Under the pieces are notes generated by a model. That model did not search any database and was not told where the DNA came from. It saw nothing but the letters and a program-made list of their open reading frames with translations. Made by a program: the position numbers and the translations under genes. This document shows, one piece after another, positions 16,444 through 26,468 of a DNA stretch of 64,000 nucleotides (position 1 is the stretch's first letter; every line of letters starts with the position of its first letter). Source of the DNA: Pseudomonadota bacterium. Its GTDB lineage: Bacteria; Pseudomonadota; Gammaproteobacteria; Burkholderiales; JACQAP01. Location of the stretch: the NCBI GenBank assembly GCA_038040175.1, contig JBBPIT010000008.1, positions 2,184-66,183 on the forward strand, read 5' to 3'.

Positions 16444-18171
16444 TTAGTGGGACTCGCGCAGGAGCGGCGTGCCGCTGCCGCCTACCAGGAAATCGAGGTC
16501 CACGCCTTGGTCCGCCTGATTGACGTGGTCGATGTAGATCTTCACGTAGCCCCGGTAGGCCATGGGTTTGGGCGCCTTCCATTTCTTGCGCCGCCTTTCC
16601 AGCTCGGCTTCCGACACGTCGAGGTGCAATTTTCTCTTCGGCACGTCGATCTCGATCATGTCGCCGTCCTGTACCAGCGCCAGCGTTCCGCCTGCCGCCG
16701 CTTCCGGGGCGCTGTGCAGCACCACGGTGCCGTACGCGGTGCCGCTCATGCGCGCATCGGAGATACGCACCATGTCGGTGATGCCCTTTTTCAGGACCTT
16801 GGCCGGCAGCGCAAAGTTTCCGACCTCAGGGAAACCCGGATAACCCTTCGGCCCGCAGTTCTTCAGCACCAGCACGCAAGTTTCGTCCACCTTCAGCTTC
16901 GGATCGTCGATGCGCTTCTTGTAGTCTTCGATGTTCTCGAACACCACGGCGCGGCCGCGATGCTTCATCAGCTTCGGCGTTGCGGCCGAGGGCTTGATCA
17001 CCGCACCGTTGGGCACGAGGTTGCCGCGCAGTACCGCTATGCCGCCCTGCTTCTTGAACGGCTTGTCCACCGGGAAGATCACTTTCGGGTTCCAGTTCCT
17101 GGCGTCCTTGACGTTGTCCCAGAGGCTCTGGCCGTTCACGGTGGGCGCCTTTCTGTGCAGCAGGCCGGCCCTGCCCAGCTCCCTGATCACCACCGGCAGG
17201 CCGCCGGCGTAGTAGAAGTCTTCCATGAGGTACTCGCCGGAGGGCATCAGGTTCACCAGGCAGGGCAGGTCGCGGCCGAGGCGATCCCAGTCATCCAGCG
17301 TGAGCTTGACGCCGATGCGGCCGGCCAGCGCCAGCAGGTGCACCACCGCGTTGGTCGAGCCGCCGATGGCGCCGTTGACACGGATCGCATTCTCGAAGGC
17401 CTGCTTGGTCAGGATCTTCGACATGCGCAGGTCTTCCTTCACCATCTGCACGATCCGCTGCCCCGTCATGTGCGCGAGCACGTAGCGACGCGAATCCACC
17501 GCGGGAATCGCAGCATTGGTGGGCAGCGCCATGCCCAAGGCCTCGGCCATCGACGCCATCGTCGAAGCGGTGCCCATGGTCATGCAATGGCCGGCGGAAC
17601 GCGACATGGCCTGCTCGGCATCGAGCAGGTCTTCGTCGGTCATCTCGCCACGCTTGAGCATTTCCTTGAATTTCCAAACGTGCGTGCCGGAACCGACGGT
17701 CTCGTCGCGCCAGCGGCCGTTGAGCATCGGGCCGCCGGACACCACGACGGTCGGCACATCGCAGGATGCCGCGCCCATCATCAGTGACGGCGTGGTCTTG
17801 TCGCAGCCGGTCAGCAGCACCACGCCGTCGAGCGGATTGGCGCGGATGGATTCCTCGACGTCCATCGACGCCAGGTTGCGGAACAGCATCGCGGTCGGGC
17901 GCATCACCGGCTCGCCCAGCGACATCACCGGGAATTCGAGCGGGAAGCCTCCAGCCTCGTAGACGCCGCGCTTGACGCGCTCGGCGATCACGCGGAAATG
18001 TGCATTACAGGGCGTGAGTTCGGACCAGGTATTGCAGATGCCGATCACCGGACGGTCTTCGAACAAGTGTCGCGGCAGGCCCTGGTTCTTCATCCAGGAC
18101 CGATGCACCATGCTGTCGATCCCCGGTCCGCCGAACCACTCGTAACTACGCAGCTTTTTCCTTGCAGCCAT
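16444..18171 (-). CDS. IlvD/Edd-family dehydratase (pentonate/hexonate dehydratase type)
   Basis: 575 aa with ...RPVIGICNTWSELTPCNAHF...LLTGCDKTTPSLMMGAAS...CMTMGTASTMA.., the IlvD/Edd signature motifs. Confidence 0.85.
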   Translation of the reverse strand: MAARKKLRSYEWFGGPGIDSMVHRSWMKNQGLPRHLFEDRPVIGICNTWSELTPCNAHFRVIAERVKRGVYEAGGFPLEFPVMSLGEPVMRPTAMLFRNLASMDVEESIRANPLDGVVLLTGCDKTTPSLMMGAASCDVPTVVVSGGPMLNGRWRDETVGSGTHVWKFKEMLKRGEMTDEDLLDAEQAMSRSAGHCMTMGTASTMASMAEALGMALPTNAAIPAVDSRRYVLAHMTGQRIVQMVKEDLRMSKILTKQAFENAIRVNGAIGGSTNAVVHLLALAGRIGVKLTLDDWDRLGRDLPCLVNLMPSGEYLMEDFYYAGGLPVVIRELGRAGLLHRKAPTVNGQSLWDNVKDARNWNPKVIFPVDKPFKKQGGIAVLRGNLVPNGAVIKPSAATPKLMKHRGRAVVFENIEDYKKRIDDPKLKVDETCVLVLKNCGPKGYPGFPEVGNFALPAKVLKKGITDMVRISDARMSGTAYGTVVLHSAPEAAAGGTLALVQDGDMIEIDVPKRKLHLDVSEAELERRRKKWKAPKPMAYRGYVKIYIDHVNQADQGVDLDFLVGGSGTPLLRESH

Positions 18172-18193
18172 TTTCCCCCCTAAAGAAAGTTCA

Positions 18194-18437
18194 AAACCTC
18201 ATTTACACGAAGGACACGAAGGAAAAACGAAGGGGCACGAGGGAAGGCAAGAAGCCACAAAAGCGATTCGTACGCGATAAAGTCAGGATAAGTTGCGGAC
18301 AGTCGCAAAGTCAGATCACCTTCGAAGCCTGGTAAGTTGGTCATTACCATTCGATCCATTCTCTCTCTGTTCCACTTAATAGTTTTCCTTCGTGTTCCTT
18401 CGTTTTTCCTTCGTGCCCCTTCGTGTTAAACGTCTTT
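18194..18437. repeat. CACGAAGG-arm hairpin element (both arms)
   Basis: ATTTACACGAAGGACACGAAGGAAAAACGAAGGGGCACGAGGG pairs with CCTTCGTGTTCCTTCGTTTTTCCTTCGTGCCCCTTCGTGTTAAACG. It is intercistronic, between a permease gene and the IlvD/Edd gene. Confidence 0.85.
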
Positions 18438-18446
18438 CGCCCTAGA

Positions 18447-19322
18447 TCACTCTTTGACGGCGCCGGTCATGCCGGCGACGTAATACTCGACAAAGAAGGA
18501 ATACATCACCGCCACCGGGAGCGAGCCGACCAGCGCGCCCGCCATCAGCGAGCCCCAGTGATACACGTCGCCCTCGACCAGTTCGGTGATCACCCCCACC
18601 GGGACCGTCTTGTTTTCGGAAGCCGAAATGAAAGTCAGCGCGTAGATGAACTCGTTCCAGGACAGCGTGAACGCAAAGATGCCTGCCGAGATCAGCCCCG
18701 GCACCGCCAGCGGCAGTACGATCCTGGTGAGGATTTGCCAGCGCGTGGCGCCGTCAATCAGCGCGCACTCCTCCAGCTCGAACGGGATCGAGCGGAAGTA
18801 GCCCATCAGCAGCCAGGTGCAGAACGGGATCAAGAACGTCGGATAAGTCAGGATCAACGCCCAGCGCGTGTCGAAAATCCCGAGCTGGAACACCATGGTT
18901 GCCAGCGGTATGAACAGGATGGAAGGCGGAATCAGGTAGGCGAGAAAAATCGCCAGCCCGGTCTGCCGCGATCCCTTGAAGCGCAAGCGCTCGATCGCGT
19001 AGGCGGCGAACACGCTGGCGACCAGCGACACGAAGGTGGACACCACCGATACCAGCACCGTGTTCCACATCCACTCCGGATAGGAGGTATCGAAGAAAAG
19101 TTTCCTGAAGTGCTCCAGCGTCGGGTTGATGACCCAGAAAGGGTTGCCGGTGCGGGACAGCAGTTCCGCGTTCGGCTTGAACGACGTGATCACCATCCAG
19201 TAGAACGGAAACAGCAGCACGACCAGGAAGACGAGCAACGGGATGTAAACCGTCACCCAGCGCCGCGGCAGCGACTCCAGGTATTGCATGCCTTCGCGGG
19301 GCTCAGTGCTCGCCATATGCAC
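18447..19322 (-). CDS. carbohydrate ABC transporter permease
   Basis: 291 aa, multi-TM, with the EAA-type loop ...ECALIDGATRWQILTRIVLPLAVPG. Confidence 0.9.
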   Translation of the reverse strand: MHMASTEPREGMQYLESLPRRWVTVYIPLLVFLVVLLFPFYWMVITSFKPNAELLSRTGNPFWVINPTLEHFRKLFFDTSYPEWMWNTVLVSVVSTFVSLVASVFAAYAIERLRFKGSRQTGLAIFLAYLIPPSILFIPLATMVFQLGIFDTRWALILTYPTFLIPFCTWLLMGYFRSIPFELEECALIDGATRWQILTRIVLPLAVPGLISAGIFAFTLSWNEFIYALTFISASENKTVPVGVITELVEGDVYHWGSLMAGALVGSLPVAVMYSFFVEYYVAGMTGAVKE

Positions 19323-19328
19323 TCGCTG

Positions 19329-19427
19329 AGGAAGGGGCGAGGGGCGAGGGGCGAGGATCGAGGGGGAACCAACGCCTTAGGAGCATTTGAGCATACTCGC
19401 CCCTCGTCCCTCGTCCCTCGCCCCTTA
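19329..19427. repeat. motif-array hairpin element (GCGAGGGG arm / CCCCTCG arm)
   Basis: GGGGCGAGGGGCGAGGGGCGAGGATCGAGGGGG faces CTCGCCCCTCGTCCCTCGTCCCTCGCCCC. It lies between the two permease genes. Confidence 0.75.
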
Positions 19428-20339
19428 TCATTTGTCCGTTCCCCCCTGCTGCCACCTTCTCCTCTGCAACCCGAAGTACGAGAACAAGATCGCCGCCAGC
19501 AGGAACGGGATCATTGCGGTTGCAATCGCCGCACCTTCACCCAATGCCCCGCCGGGGATGGCGCGCTGAAACGAAAGCGTGGCCATCAAATGGGTGGCAT
19601 TGATCGGTCCTCCGCGGGTCAGCACCCAGATCAACTGGAAATCGGTAAAGGTGAACAAAACCGAGAAGGTCATGACCACCGCGATGATCGGCGAGAGCAT
19701 GGGCAGCGTGACGTGCCAGAACTGCTGCCAGGGGCTCGCTCCGTCGATGCTCGCCGCTTCGTACATGGACGGCGGTATGGTCTGCAGTCCGGCGAGCAGA
19801 CAGATCGCCACGAAAGGCACGCCACGCCAGATGTTGGCAATGATCGTGGACATGCGCGCCAGGTTCGGCTCGCCGAGAAAATTGATGTACTGGTCGATGA
19901 TCCCGAGCTTCATCAGCAACCAGCTAACGATCGAGAACTGGGCATCGTAAATCCACCAGAACGCGATCGCGGAGAGCACCGTGGGCACGATGAACGGCAG
20001 CAACACGATGGCGCGGACGAACGATTTGAAAGGAATGTGCTTGTTGAGCAGCAAGGCCAGCCACAGTCCGAGCACGAACTTGATGACGCTCGCCACCACC
20101 GTGTACACGAAGGTATTGAACACCGACAGCGTGAACACGCTGTCGGTCACCAGGAACTCGTAGTTCTCGATGCCGATCCAGCCGCCGGCACGCCCGACCT
20201 TGGTGTCGGTGAAACCCAGCCACACGCCCAAGCCCAGCGGGTACGTCAGGAAAACGAGCAGCAGCAGCGCCGCGGGCAGCATGAACAACAGCCCGAGGAC
20301 ATTGCGGTTATCGAAGAAGCGCGATAGCGCGTTGTTCAT
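19428..20339 (-). CDS. sugar ABC transporter permease
   Basis: 303 aa, multi-TM, with the loop ...YEAASIDGASPWQQFWHVTLPMLSP. Confidence 0.9.
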   Translation of the reverse strand: MNNALSRFFDNRNVLGLLFMLPAALLLLVFLTYPLGLGVWLGFTDTKVGRAGGWIGIENYEFLVTDSVFTLSVFNTFVYTVVASVIKFVLGLWLALLLNKHIPFKSFVRAIVLLPFIVPTVLSAIAFWWIYDAQFSIVSWLLMKLGIIDQYINFLGEPNLARMSTIIANIWRGVPFVAICLLAGLQTIPPSMYEAASIDGASPWQQFWHVTLPMLSPIIAVVMTFSVLFTFTDFQLIWVLTRGGPINATHLMATLSFQRAIPGGALGEGAAIATAMIPFLLAAILFSYFGLQRRRWQQGGTDK

Positions 20340-20471
20340 GCGCCGGCTTCTCCTGGATTCTTCTCCTCACTTCTCTCGCCTCTCGCCTCACCCCGTTAGA
20401 AGTCGACGCAAAAAGCGTCATGTGTCGCGAGTTCGTCATGTCGACTTTTAACGGGGCTCACGCCTCACGTC
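20340..20471. repeat. motif-array element (CTCGCCTC / CTCACGCC repeats) around a central 17-bp-arm palindrome
   Basis: CCCCGTTAGAAGTCGAC (about 20390-20406) is complementary to GTCGACTTTTAACGGGG (about 20441-20457). It is flanked by CTCTCGCCTCTCGCCTCAC and CTCACGCCTCACGTCTCAC. It lies between the SBP and permease genes. Confidence 0.7.
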
Positions 20472-21788
20472 TCACCCCTTGTAATACCGCTCAGCGCGCT
20501 TCTCGGCCTGCTTGATGGCATCCTGGATCGAATCTGATCCCGTGCATGCCGAAGCAATCATATCCACCACGACGAAGTCCGCCATCACCGCCGCGGAAGC
20601 GCTGCCGAGTTTGCCAGGCCAGCCGTTGGGCAGCATGTATTTGACCGAGTCACGATAAGCAAAGCGCTTCGGATCCGACTTCCACACCGGGGCGGCCTCG
20701 TAGGCCCGGAGGGGCTGGGTCACAAACCCCAGAGCGGCCTCCATCCAGGCTTCGTATTGCTCCTTTTCCCACATGAAGCGCAGGTATTCCCGAGCAGCCT
20801 GGGGAAACTTGCTGTGCTTGAACAGCACGGCGATGAAGGCAAGCCCCATCTCGGTCGGCCTGCCAACCGGTCCGATCGGCATGTTGGCATGGTAAATATC
20901 GTCGGCCATCGCCCGAACCTTGGGGTCCGTGGAATTCTTGGCCGTGTAGTAAATCGAGACGCCGTTGGTGGTGAGGCTGATTGCTCCGGAGAGAAACGCC
21001 TTGTTGTTGTTGGGGTCGAGCCAGGACAGCGTGCCGGGGACGAAAGTCTGGTAGAGCTTTTTGGCGTACTCGAGCATGGCCACGGTCTCTCTGGAGTTGA
21101 TCGCCACGCGGCCGTTCTCGTCCACCAGCTTCGCCCCGTGCGACCAGAGCAGCCAATGGCACCAGATATTGGCGTCGCCAGTGGCGTGGCCCAACGCCAT
21201 CCCCGGTGGCGTCCCCTTGGCCTTCAGCGACTGGCACAGCTTGAGGAACCCCGTGGTGTCCTTCGGGATGCCGTCGAACCCGGCTGCCTTCACATGGCTG
21301 TCCCGGTACACGACAGCGCTTGCACCGGCGCCCATTGGGATTCCGATCCAGCGTCTGCCGTCGGTGCCGTACTGCCGCGCGAGGTCGTACCAGCCGCCGT
21401 ATTTTTTGCCCAGGTACTCCGCCAGCTCCGAGACGTCGGCGAGCTTGTCGGGATACTGGTGGCAGTCGTCGTTGGTGGTAATGATGATGTCGGGACCACC
21501 GCCGACGTTCGCGGCCACCGCGGCCTTCGGACGCAAATCCTCCCAGTTCTCGCTTTCCAACGTGACCGGCACACCGGTTCTCTCGGTGAACCTCTTGGTG
21601 TTGGCGAGCCATTGGTCTTCGTCTCCCTGGACGAAGCGCTTCCAGCGCAGCACGCGCAGCATCGCGTCTTTCTCGGGCTTGAAGGAAATATCCTGCGCGT
21701 GCGACTCTCGCGCCAGGAGCGGCGCGCCGAATGCGGCGCCCGCCGCGGCCGAAGCCTGCAGAAAACGACGTCGTGTGAATTGTTTCAT
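20472..21788 (-). CDS. ABC transporter substrate-binding protein (Tat signal)
   Basis: I take the start at MKQFTRRRFLQASAAAGAAFGAPLLARESHAQ, which has a twin-arginine signal; this ATG at 21788 was verified in the sequence. The track ORF extends to 22094 through an Arg-rich antisense stretch of the ATPase gene. Confidence 0.85.
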   Translation of the reverse strand: MKQFTRRRFLQASAAAGAAFGAPLLARESHAQDISFKPEKDAMLRVLRWKRFVQGDEDQWLANTKRFTERTGVPVTLESENWEDLRPKAAVAANVGGGPDIIITTNDDCHQYPDKLADVSELAEYLGKKYGGWYDLARQYGTDGRRWIGIPMGAGASAVVYRDSHVKAAGFDGIPKDTTGFLKLCQSLKAKGTPPGMALGHATGDANIWCHWLLWSHGAKLVDENGRVAINSRETVAMLEYAKKLYQTFVPGTLSWLDPNNNKAFLSGAISLTTNGVSIYYTAKNSTDPKVRAMADDIYHANMPIGPVGRPTEMGLAFIAVLFKHSKFPQAAREYLRFMWEKEQYEAWMEAALGFVTQPLRAYEAAPVWKSDPKRFAYRDSVKYMLPNGWPGKLGSASAAVMADFVVVDMIASACTGSDSIQDAIKQAEKRAERYYKG

Positions 21789-21808
21789 GCTCTTCTCCCG
21801 GGGAGTTT

Positions 21809-22873
21809 TCAGGCGATTCGCGCGCCTGAGGCCGGGTCGAAAAGATAGGTCTTGCCGTCGAAGGGCTTGAGACTGATCTTGTCTTCCGGCCGAAAAGTAT
21901 GCCGCTCGCGCGAAATCGCGCTGATTTCCTGGCCGGCCACCCGGCAGAATACCTGGGTGTCGGCGCCGGTCGGTTCGACCACCACCACCTCTACCCGCAC
22001 GCCCTCCTCGCCGATGGCGAAGTGTTCGGGACGCACGCCGAGGATGATGTCTCGGCCATCGGGTTCGGATGTCGACCGCACGGGAATCGCGCAATCTTCG
22101 GCGATCTCCACAGCGCGGCCGCCATTGCGGGTCACCAGCCTGCCGTTGATGAAATTCATCGCCGGCGAACCGATGAAGCCGGCAACGAAAAGATTCGCCG
22201 GTTCATCGTAAAGATCCAGCGGGGTGCCGATCTGTTCGACCCGGCCGCCGTTCATCACCACGATGGTGTCGGCCATGGTCATGGCTTCGATCTGATCGTG
22301 CGTGACGTAAATCGAGGTGGTCTTCAGTCGCTGGTGCAGTTCCTTGATCTCGGTGCGCATCTGCACCCGCAACTTGGCATCCAGGTTCGACAGCGGTTCG
22401 TCGAACAGAAATACCTGCGGGTCGCGCACGATGGCGCGGCCCATGGCTACGCGCTGGCGCTGGCCGCCCGAGAGCTGGCGCGGGTAACGGTCGAGGTAGT
22501 CCGTGAGCCCGAGGATCTGCGCCGCCTTGTCCACGCGCTGGCGCATCTCCTCCCTGCTTCTTCCGGCCAGCTTCATCGAGAAGGCCATGTTGTCGAAGAC
22601 CTTCATGTGCGGATACAGCGCGTAGTTCTGAAAAACCATGGCGATGTCGCGCTGTTTGGGCGGCACATTGTTGACGACGCGATCGCCGATCATGATCTCG
22701 CCTTCGGATATCTCCTCGAGGCCGGCAATCATGCGCAACAGCGTGGACTTGCCGCATCCGCTTGGGCCGACCAGCACCACGAACTCGCCGTCGGCGATGG
22801 AAATGTCCACGCCATGGACGACCCGAGTACTGCCGAAGGATTTGCGAACCTGCTTGAGCTCGACCGAGGCCAT
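21809..22873 (-). CDS. ABC transporter ATP-binding protein (MalK/UgpC type)
   Basis: 354 aa with Walker A GPSGCGKST, the signature LSGGQRQRV and Walker B FLFDEPLS, plus the C-terminal regulatory/TOBE-like region. Confidence 0.9.
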   Translation of the reverse strand: MASVELKQVRKSFGSTRVVHGVDISIADGEFVVLVGPSGCGKSTLLRMIAGLEEISEGEIMIGDRVVNNVPPKQRDIAMVFQNYALYPHMKVFDNMAFSMKLAGRSREEMRQRVDKAAQILGLTDYLDRYPRQLSGGQRQRVAMGRAIVRDPQVFLFDEPLSNLDAKLRVQMRTEIKELHQRLKTTSIYVTHDQIEAMTMADTIVVMNGGRVEQIGTPLDLYDEPANLFVAGFIGSPAMNFINGRLVTRNGGRAVEIAEDCAIPVRSTSEPDGRDIILGVRPEHFAIGEEGVRVEVVVVEPTGADTQVFCRVAGQEISAISRERHTFRPEDKISLKPFDGKTYLFDPASGARIA

Positions 22874-23074
22874 TTACGCGAACCTGGAGCTGCGCTGATT
22901 TGATGGTCGCGGCGCGCGGATCGCGCCGACAGGAAGGGCGGTGCCGCAGTCCATCCCCTCTCCCCTTGTAATGGTTTTGTCCGCTGCAGTCTAAAGTAAA
23001 CCGCAGCGCAGCAGCAAGGGCAGATCAGGCGGCCGGGCTGCCTGTGGCATACTTACGCCTCTCGATCGTTCTGA

Positions 23075-23836
<762 letters not shown>

Positions 23837-23925
23837 GGGCCGAGGTGCGAGGGCCGAGGGACGAGGGAAAAGCAATTTAGCCCTTACCCTTCACTCCTTC
23901 ACCCTTCACCCTTCACGCATTTGAA
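23837..23925. repeat. motif-array element (CGAGGG repeats / CCCTTCAC repeats)
   Basis: GAGGGCCGAGGTGCGAGGGCCGAGGGACGAGGG faces CCCTTACCCTTCACTCCTTCACCCTTCACCCTTCAC. The arms are only partly complementary. Confidence 0.5.
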
Positions 23926-23952
23926 GTTCATTTTCATCGCAGGAGATAACAA

Positions 23953-24798
23953 ATGAAGCTGGTACGTTACGGGGAAGCAGGAAAAGAAAAGCCGGGGATT
24001 CTGGATGCGCAGGGGGCGATACGCGACCTGTCCGGCGTGGTGAAGGACATCGACGCAGCCGTGGTGTCGCCCGAGGGCCTGGCCAAGCTGCGCGGCGTGA
24101 AGGTGGACAGCCTGCCGAAGGTGAGCGGCAACCCGCGCCTCGGCCCGCCGATAGCAAACGTGCCCAAGCTCATCTGCATCGGGCTGAACTATGCGGATCA
24201 CGCCAAGGAGTCCAATCTGCCGATCCCGGCCGAGCCGGTGGTATTCATGAAGGCGATCAGCGCCATCACCGGACCGAACGACGACGTGAAGGTGCCGAAG
24301 GGTTCGAAGAAGGGCGACTGGGAAGTCGAACTCGCCTTTGTGATCGGCAAGAAGGCACAGAGCGTAACCGAAGCCGATGCACTGAATTACGTGGCGGGCT
24401 ACATGATCTGCAACGATGTTTCCGAACGCGAGTGGCAGCTCGAGCACGGCAGCCAGTGGTCCAAGGGCAAGAGCTTCGACACCTTTGCCCCGCTTGGCCC
24501 CTGGTTCGTCACCGCCGACGAGATCAAGGACCCGCAGAACCTCTCCATGTGGCTGGACGTGAATGGCCAGCGCAAGCAGACCGGCAACACCAACACCATG
24601 GTCTTCGGCGTGAAGAAGCTGGTTTCCTACCTGTCCTACATGTGCACGCTGACACCCGGTGACGTGGTCAGTACCGGCACTCCGCCCGGCGTGGGCATGG
24701 GCATCAAGCCGGCGCCCCAGTTCCTCAAGTCAGGCGACGAGATGCGGCTGGGAATCGACGGCCTGGGTGAACAAAAGCAGAAAGTGTTTGGCGGCTGA
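23953..24798 (+). CDS. fumarylacetoacetate hydrolase (FAH) family protein
   Basis: 281 aa with ...KLICIGLNYADHAKE...WEVELAFVIGKKA...MICNDVSEREWQ...GDVVSTGTPPGVG, the FAH-fold metal and substrate motifs. Confidence 0.85.
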   Translation: MKLVRYGEAGKEKPGILDAQGAIRDLSGVVKDIDAAVVSPEGLAKLRGVKVDSLPKVSGNPRLGPPIANVPKLICIGLNYADHAKESNLPIPAEPVVFMKAISAITGPNDDVKVPKGSKKGDWEVELAFVIGKKAQSVTEADALNYVAGYMICNDVSEREWQLEHGSQWSKGKSFDTFAPLGPWFVTADEIKDPQNLSMWLDVNGQRKQTGNTNTMVFGVKKLVSYLSYMCTLTPGDVVSTGTPPGVGMGIKPAPQFLKSGDEMRLGIDGLGEQKQKVFGG

Positions 24799-24832
24799 CG
24801 CCGGTCGCTGGAAGCCAGGACCCAGGTTTCCA

Positions 24833-24868
24833 CCCCGTCACGTCGTCACGACCGTCACGACCGTCACG
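24833..24868. repeat. GTCACG x4 short motif array
   Basis: The sequence is CCGTCACGTCGTCACGACCGTCACGACCGTCACG. Confidence 0.6.
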
Positions 24869-24900
24869 CAAAAAAGGCGCACTCCGGTGCGCCTTTTTTG
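24869..24900. terminator. bidirectional rho-independent terminator
   Basis: AAAAAAGGCGCAC-TCCG-GTGCGCCTTTTTT forms a 7-bp GC stem flanked by an A-run and a T-run, downstream of the FAH gene. Confidence 0.75.
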
Positions 24901-24949
24901 TCGCCCGATTCGGGCTATGATGGTTAGATAGGATCCCAGAAAAACTCTC

Positions 24950-25414
24950 ATGACTCGCCTCGCTGCACTTCTGGTACTCGGCGCTTTTGCGGCCGGGAAC
25001 GCGTTGTCGGTCGAGCAGGAACTCGGCCCGGATGAGATTGGCGTTTCCGCACCCGCGCAGATCACGTATTCGCTGGACGCGAGGCCGAAGCCGGAGCGGC
25101 TGGATTTCGACTTTCGCGCGGGGGATTCGCACGCCTGGATCAACGACGACGGCGACTTTCAGGTGAGCGGCTGGATCAAGCACACCGGATTGCTGTGCGC
25201 CACCTACCGCATGGGCGTGCGATTCGGCGTGGGATCGCCGGGATGCCTGAACGTGGAATGGATCACCGAGCCGCCGTTCGTGACTACCGAATTGCAGTGC
25301 AACGACGCGCGCGTCGAGCACACCGGCGGCGACACCGATGCCGGGCTCGGCAAACGGCTCGCTACGATCACCTGTGGGGAGCGTGTTGTCCGCTGCACCG
25401 GCAACTGCAAGTAA
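24950..25414 (+). CDS. secreted Cys-containing hypothetical protein
   Basis: 154 aa with signal peptide MTRLAALLVLGAFAAGNALS and 6 Cys in the mature part. I recognise no family. Confidence 0.55.
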   Translation: MTRLAALLVLGAFAAGNALSVEQELGPDEIGVSAPAQITYSLDARPKPERLDFDFRAGDSHAWINDDGDFQVSGWIKHTGLLCATYRMGVRFGVGSPGCLNVEWITEPPFVTTELQCNDARVEHTGGDTDAGLGKRLATITCGERVVRCTGNCK

Positions 25415-25454
25415 TTCGTGCTCGATCGCCGGAACCCGGCAATTGCATCGCTCA

Positions 25455-26456
25455 ATGCCGCAATCAACACCGCATTCCCACCGCCTCTGCACCGCGCCGA
25501 TGATGGATTGGTCGGACCGGCATTGCCGGTTCTTTTTCCGCCAACTGTCGCCGCATGCGGTGGTTTACACCGAGATGATGACCACCGGCGCGTTGATCCA
25601 CGGCGACGTCGAGCGGCACCTGCGCTTCCACCCCGCCGAACATCCGGTGGCGCTGCAGCTCGGCGGCAGCGAGCCCGTGGATCTCGCCCGCTGCGCGACA
25701 CTCGGGCAGGCGTACGGCTACGACGAGGTCAATCTGAACTGCGGCTGCCCCTCGGAGCGCGTGCAGAAAGGCGCTTTCGGCGCCTGTCTGATGGCCGAAC
25801 CGCGACTGGTGGCCGATTGCGTGAAGGCGATGCAGGATGCCGTGGCCGTTCCGGTCACGGTGAAGCACCGCCTGGGTATCGACTCGATCGAGGACTACGA
25901 CTTCGTGCGCCGCTTCGTCGAAACCGTCGCGGTCGCGGGCTGCAGGACTTTTTTCGTCCACTCCCGGAATGCCATCCTGAAGGGCCTGTCGCCGAAGGAC
26001 AACCGCGCGGTCCCGCCGCTGAAATACGACTACGTCTATCGGCTGAGGCGGGAATTCCCTGAGCTTGGAATCGTCATCAACGGTGGCGTGGAAACGCTGC
26101 ATGCAATCGAGCAACACCTCCAGCACGTGGATGGCGTCATGCTCGGGCGCGCGGCTTATCACGATCCCTATGTGCTCGCCGCCGCGGAGGCGATGCTGTC
26201 CGGTGCCCCGCCGCCTTCGCGCGCGCAGATCGTACAGGCGATGTTCGAGTACGCCTCCGAAGAAGTTGCGCGCGGCACTTCGTTGCGTGCCATCGCCCGT
26301 CACATGCTCGGCCTCTATCACGGTCAACCCAATGCCAGGCTGTGGCGGCGCATGCTGTCGGATGCCGGCATGCTCGCCGCCAACCGCCCCGAACTGCTGC
26401 TGCAGGCAGTGCGCGCGACCGAGAGCGCACAGGCCGAGTTCGCCGCGGTGGCGTGA
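25455..26456 (+). CDS. dusA: tRNA dihydrouridine(20/20a) synthase DusA
   Basis: I chose the start at MPQSTPHSHRLCTAPMMDWSDRHCRFFFR... because it retains the conserved APMMDWTDRHCR block and avoids overlap with 24950..25414. Confidence 0.85.
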   Translation: MPQSTPHSHRLCTAPMMDWSDRHCRFFFRQLSPHAVVYTEMMTTGALIHGDVERHLRFHPAEHPVALQLGGSEPVDLARCATLGQAYGYDEVNLNCGCPSERVQKGAFGACLMAEPRLVADCVKAMQDAVAVPVTVKHRLGIDSIEDYDFVRRFVETVAVAGCRTFFVHSRNAILKGLSPKDNRAVPPLKYDYVYRLRREFPELGIVINGGVETLHAIEQHLQHVDGVMLGRAAYHDPYVLAAAEAMLSGAPPPSRAQIVQAMFEYASEEVARGTSLRAIARHMLGLYHGQPNARLWRRMLSDAGMLAANRPELLLQAVRATESAQAEFAAVA

Positions 26457-26468
26457 AGCGTCCGAGCA

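Noticed and set aside
20472-22094. Full 540-aa version of the SBP ORF, and the 359-aa version of ampD (42322..43401).
   Set aside because: The N-terminal extensions are Arg/Gly/Pro-rich and run antisense through the neighbouring ATPase and pilR genes. For the SBP, the internal start gives a canonical Tat signal (ATG 21788 verified). For ampD, the homology block begins near 42870.
25338-25454. Upstream start (25338) for dusA and upstream starts for rplU (47404), obgE (48257), rubrerythrin (55711), Fe-S protein (55193), PEBP (30214), DUF1924 (30770), otnC (32019) and DUF3025 (59248).
   Set aside because: The extensions either overlap the preceding gene or a repeat element, or precede a conserved family N-terminus or signal peptide. 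Internal ATGs matching the family start were verified in the sequence.
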